Origin: a virus | Length of the DNA: 44,780 nucleotides | Virus record (IMG/VR): IMGVR_UViG_3300045988_060029 | Direction: 5' to 3' (one strand) | Shown: piece by piece, positions 43,778-44,780 of the stretch | How the letters are laid out: each line of letters starts with the position of its first letter | Position numbering within the stretch: the stretch's first letter is position 1 | Program-made: the position numbers and the translations under genes | Notes under the pieces: model-generated | What the model was told of the DNA's origin: nothing | What the model saw: only the letters and a program-made list of their open reading frames with translations | Databases searched by the model: none

Positions 43778-43832
43778 AGACCGCCCAAGCGGGAGCGCGG
43801 CTCACCTGCCGCCACCGTTGGGCGGTCTTTTT
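43778..43832 (+). terminator. Rho-independent terminator after terS
   Basis: AGACCGCCCAA (43778-88) pairs with TTGGGCGGTCT (43818-28), followed by TTTT. Confidence 0.7.
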
Positions 43833-43835
43833 GCG

Positions 43836-43862
43836 CGGATTTTTTACGGATTTGTAGGGATT
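43836..43862. promoter_or_regulatory. Three helically phased (C/G)GGATT motifs
   Basis: CGGATT at 43836 and 43847, GGGATT at 43857 (spacing 11 and 10 nt). The reverse complement AATCC(G) is the same core as the operator-like motif. Confidence 0.4.
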
Positions 43863-43999
43863 TTGCCCCGCTCCTATTAACACTTTACTGCAATAAAGCA
43901 AAATGCCCCATTGCCGGACGGCGGCGCGGGGTGAATTTCGCTATATAATAAGTAGGATTTGAAATAATCCGAAAAAGATAAAAAATATTGAAAAAAGGG

Positions 44000-44028
44000 T
44001 TGACAATTCGGAAAAGATGAATTATACT
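44000..44028 (+). promoter_or_regulatory. Promoter of the junction-spanning small-gene operon, a near-copy of the PR-like promoter
   Basis: TTGACA (44000-05), 17-nt spacer containing ATTCGGA, TATACT (44023-28). Compare TTGACAATTCAGA…AATTATACTA at 27096. Confidence 0.6.
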
Positions 44029-44082
44029 ATAATCACAACAGGACAACAAACAACACAAAACAGATTATAGGAGGTTTACAAA

Positions 44083-44430
44083 ATGCGAATTTACGAATTG
44101 ACGCCGGGCGGCTATGACCGCGCAAAATCCTTTTACGGGAAAGCGAAAGTTATTGAAAAGGACGGGGAAACGCTTTTACAATCCTATGATACTACCGTTT
44201 GCAAGATTGATAAAAGCGGCGAATTTGTCCGAATGTGGGAGGGGTACAGCGCAACCACAATGCGCCATATCAACGCATTTATTGAAATGTTCGGCATTTC
44301 GGGCGGCGGTAAAAAGTGGTGGGACGCGCTCCCGGTGGAGGAAAAGCCCCACGGCGGCGCGGATATGACCCCCCGCCGAAAGTCTAAAAGCAATGTACGC
44401 AAGACGCGCCGCGAATTATTGAGGAGGTAA
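44083..44430 (+). CDS. Conserved small phage/plasmid protein (115 aa), function unknown
   Basis: ATG after AGGAGG. …SYDTTVCKID…WEGYSATTMRHINAF… is recalled from mobile-element early regions. Basic tail. Confidence 0.65.
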   Translation: MRIYELTPGGYDRAKSFYGKAKVIEKDGETLLQSYDTTVCKIDKSGEFVRMWEGYSATTMRHINAFIEMFGISGGGKKWWDALPVEEKPHGGADMTPRRKSKSNVRKTRRELLRR

Positions 44431-44435
44431 AGAAA

Positions 44436-44780
44436 ATGAAATTCAAGACAACACAAAAGGCAATTAAGGCGAATTACAACACAATTATTTGTGTTCCCTA
44501 TTGCGGTTTACAAAACCTTTTGAATTATGAAAGCCCGGTTGCGTACACGGTACGCCGTGAAGGGTGGGCGGCTGATATTTACGATATGGGCGGCGGGGTT
44601 GCTATTGTAACAGGTTATGCCCCGTTCGGGAGTGTTCGCCCGTCCTATGAATTGCGGGAACGGTACGAAAAGCAAGCGGAAATAATACGCGATATATACC
44701 GCTATTCCACAAAATTAAATGATACGAGAAATAGGTTGCGCGAATTGCAAGCGGCATTTATTGAGGAGGTAACACGCCAT
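44436..44780 (+). CDS. Conserved small protein; the ORF runs off the window end and closes at 56-61 in the circular form (116 aa)
   Basis: ATG after GAGGAGG. There are 115 codons to the window end, then AAA TAA after the 55-bp overlap. Confidence 0.65.
   Translation, partial: MKFKTTQKAIKANYNTIICVPYCGLQNLLNYESPVAYTVRREGWAADIYDMGGGVAIVTGYAPFGSVRPSYELRERYEKQAEIIRDIYRYSTKLNDTRNRLRELQAAFIEEVTRH
44726..44780. repeat. Second copy of the 55-bp terminal overlap
   Basis: Identical to 1-55. Confidence 0.95.

Larger units (their letters stand above)
1..44780. mobile_element. Complete temperate tailed-phage genome (siphovirus-like), circularly closed contig
   Basis: Full set of modules is present (terS, terL, portal, scaffold, capsid, tail, TMP, fibres, lysis, integrase, repressor/cro, replication). 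The window ends overlap by 55 bp. Confidence 0.9.

Noticed and set aside
43116-43901. 261-aa minus-strand ORF
   Set aside because: It is antisense to terS and runs through the terS terminator. No RBS is present.
1-44780. tRNA, rRNA or CRISPR arrays anywhere in the window
   Set aside because: Scanning the intergenic regions by eye revealed no cloverleaf-like or repeat-spacer structures. Short tRNAs could still be missed without a dedicated search.

Overview
This window looks like a complete, circularly closed genome of a temperate siphovirus-type phage. The first 55 bp are identical to the last 55 bp, so the unique length is about 44,725 bp. The host is probably a Gram-positive, Clostridia-like bacterium. 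That is only an inference from the GGAGG ribosome-binding sites, the large serine integrase and the amidase+SH3 lysin.

Nearly all genes are on the + strand, in this order:
- a cluster of small early or moron-like genes that wraps the junction (44083 to 1143)
- a GC-rich non-coding island, an XRE regulator, a small serine recombinase and a lipoprotein (1180-2816)
- terL, portal, scaffold, capsid and connectors (2899-9452)
- major tail protein, G/G-T chaperone with a -1 slippery site, a 1481-aa tape measure, and baseplate/fibre genes (9458-20828)
- a diversity-generating retroelement (DGR) acting on the C-terminus of the last fibre gene (VR 20695-20814, TR 20903-21022, RT 21137-22297)
- the lysis cassette (22912-24924)
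- on the minus strand, a large serine integrase and a CI-like repressor (25082-27049)
- a cro-like gene followed by a replication/recombination/nucleotide-metabolism module (27293-42750)
- terS (43146-33)

The strongest second-look item is the DGR: all 19 VR/TR mismatches fall on TR adenines. Other items worth checking:
- two ~110-bp palindromic repeats bracketing the lysogeny/replication half of the genome
- identical 15-mers forming terminator-like hairpins just upstream of terL and portal
- terS and terL separated by about 3.9 kb of cargo, including a resolvase and candidate res-like sites
- an integrase without a canonical start codon
- a PolB-ERF in-frame fusion
- an orphan MazF-like toxin with a G9 tract at its domain boundary
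- a (TG)5 frameshift
- a shared operator-like motif at several promoters

I recognised no tRNA, rRNA or CRISPR array by eye. All family assignments come from motif recognition by reading, not from searches.
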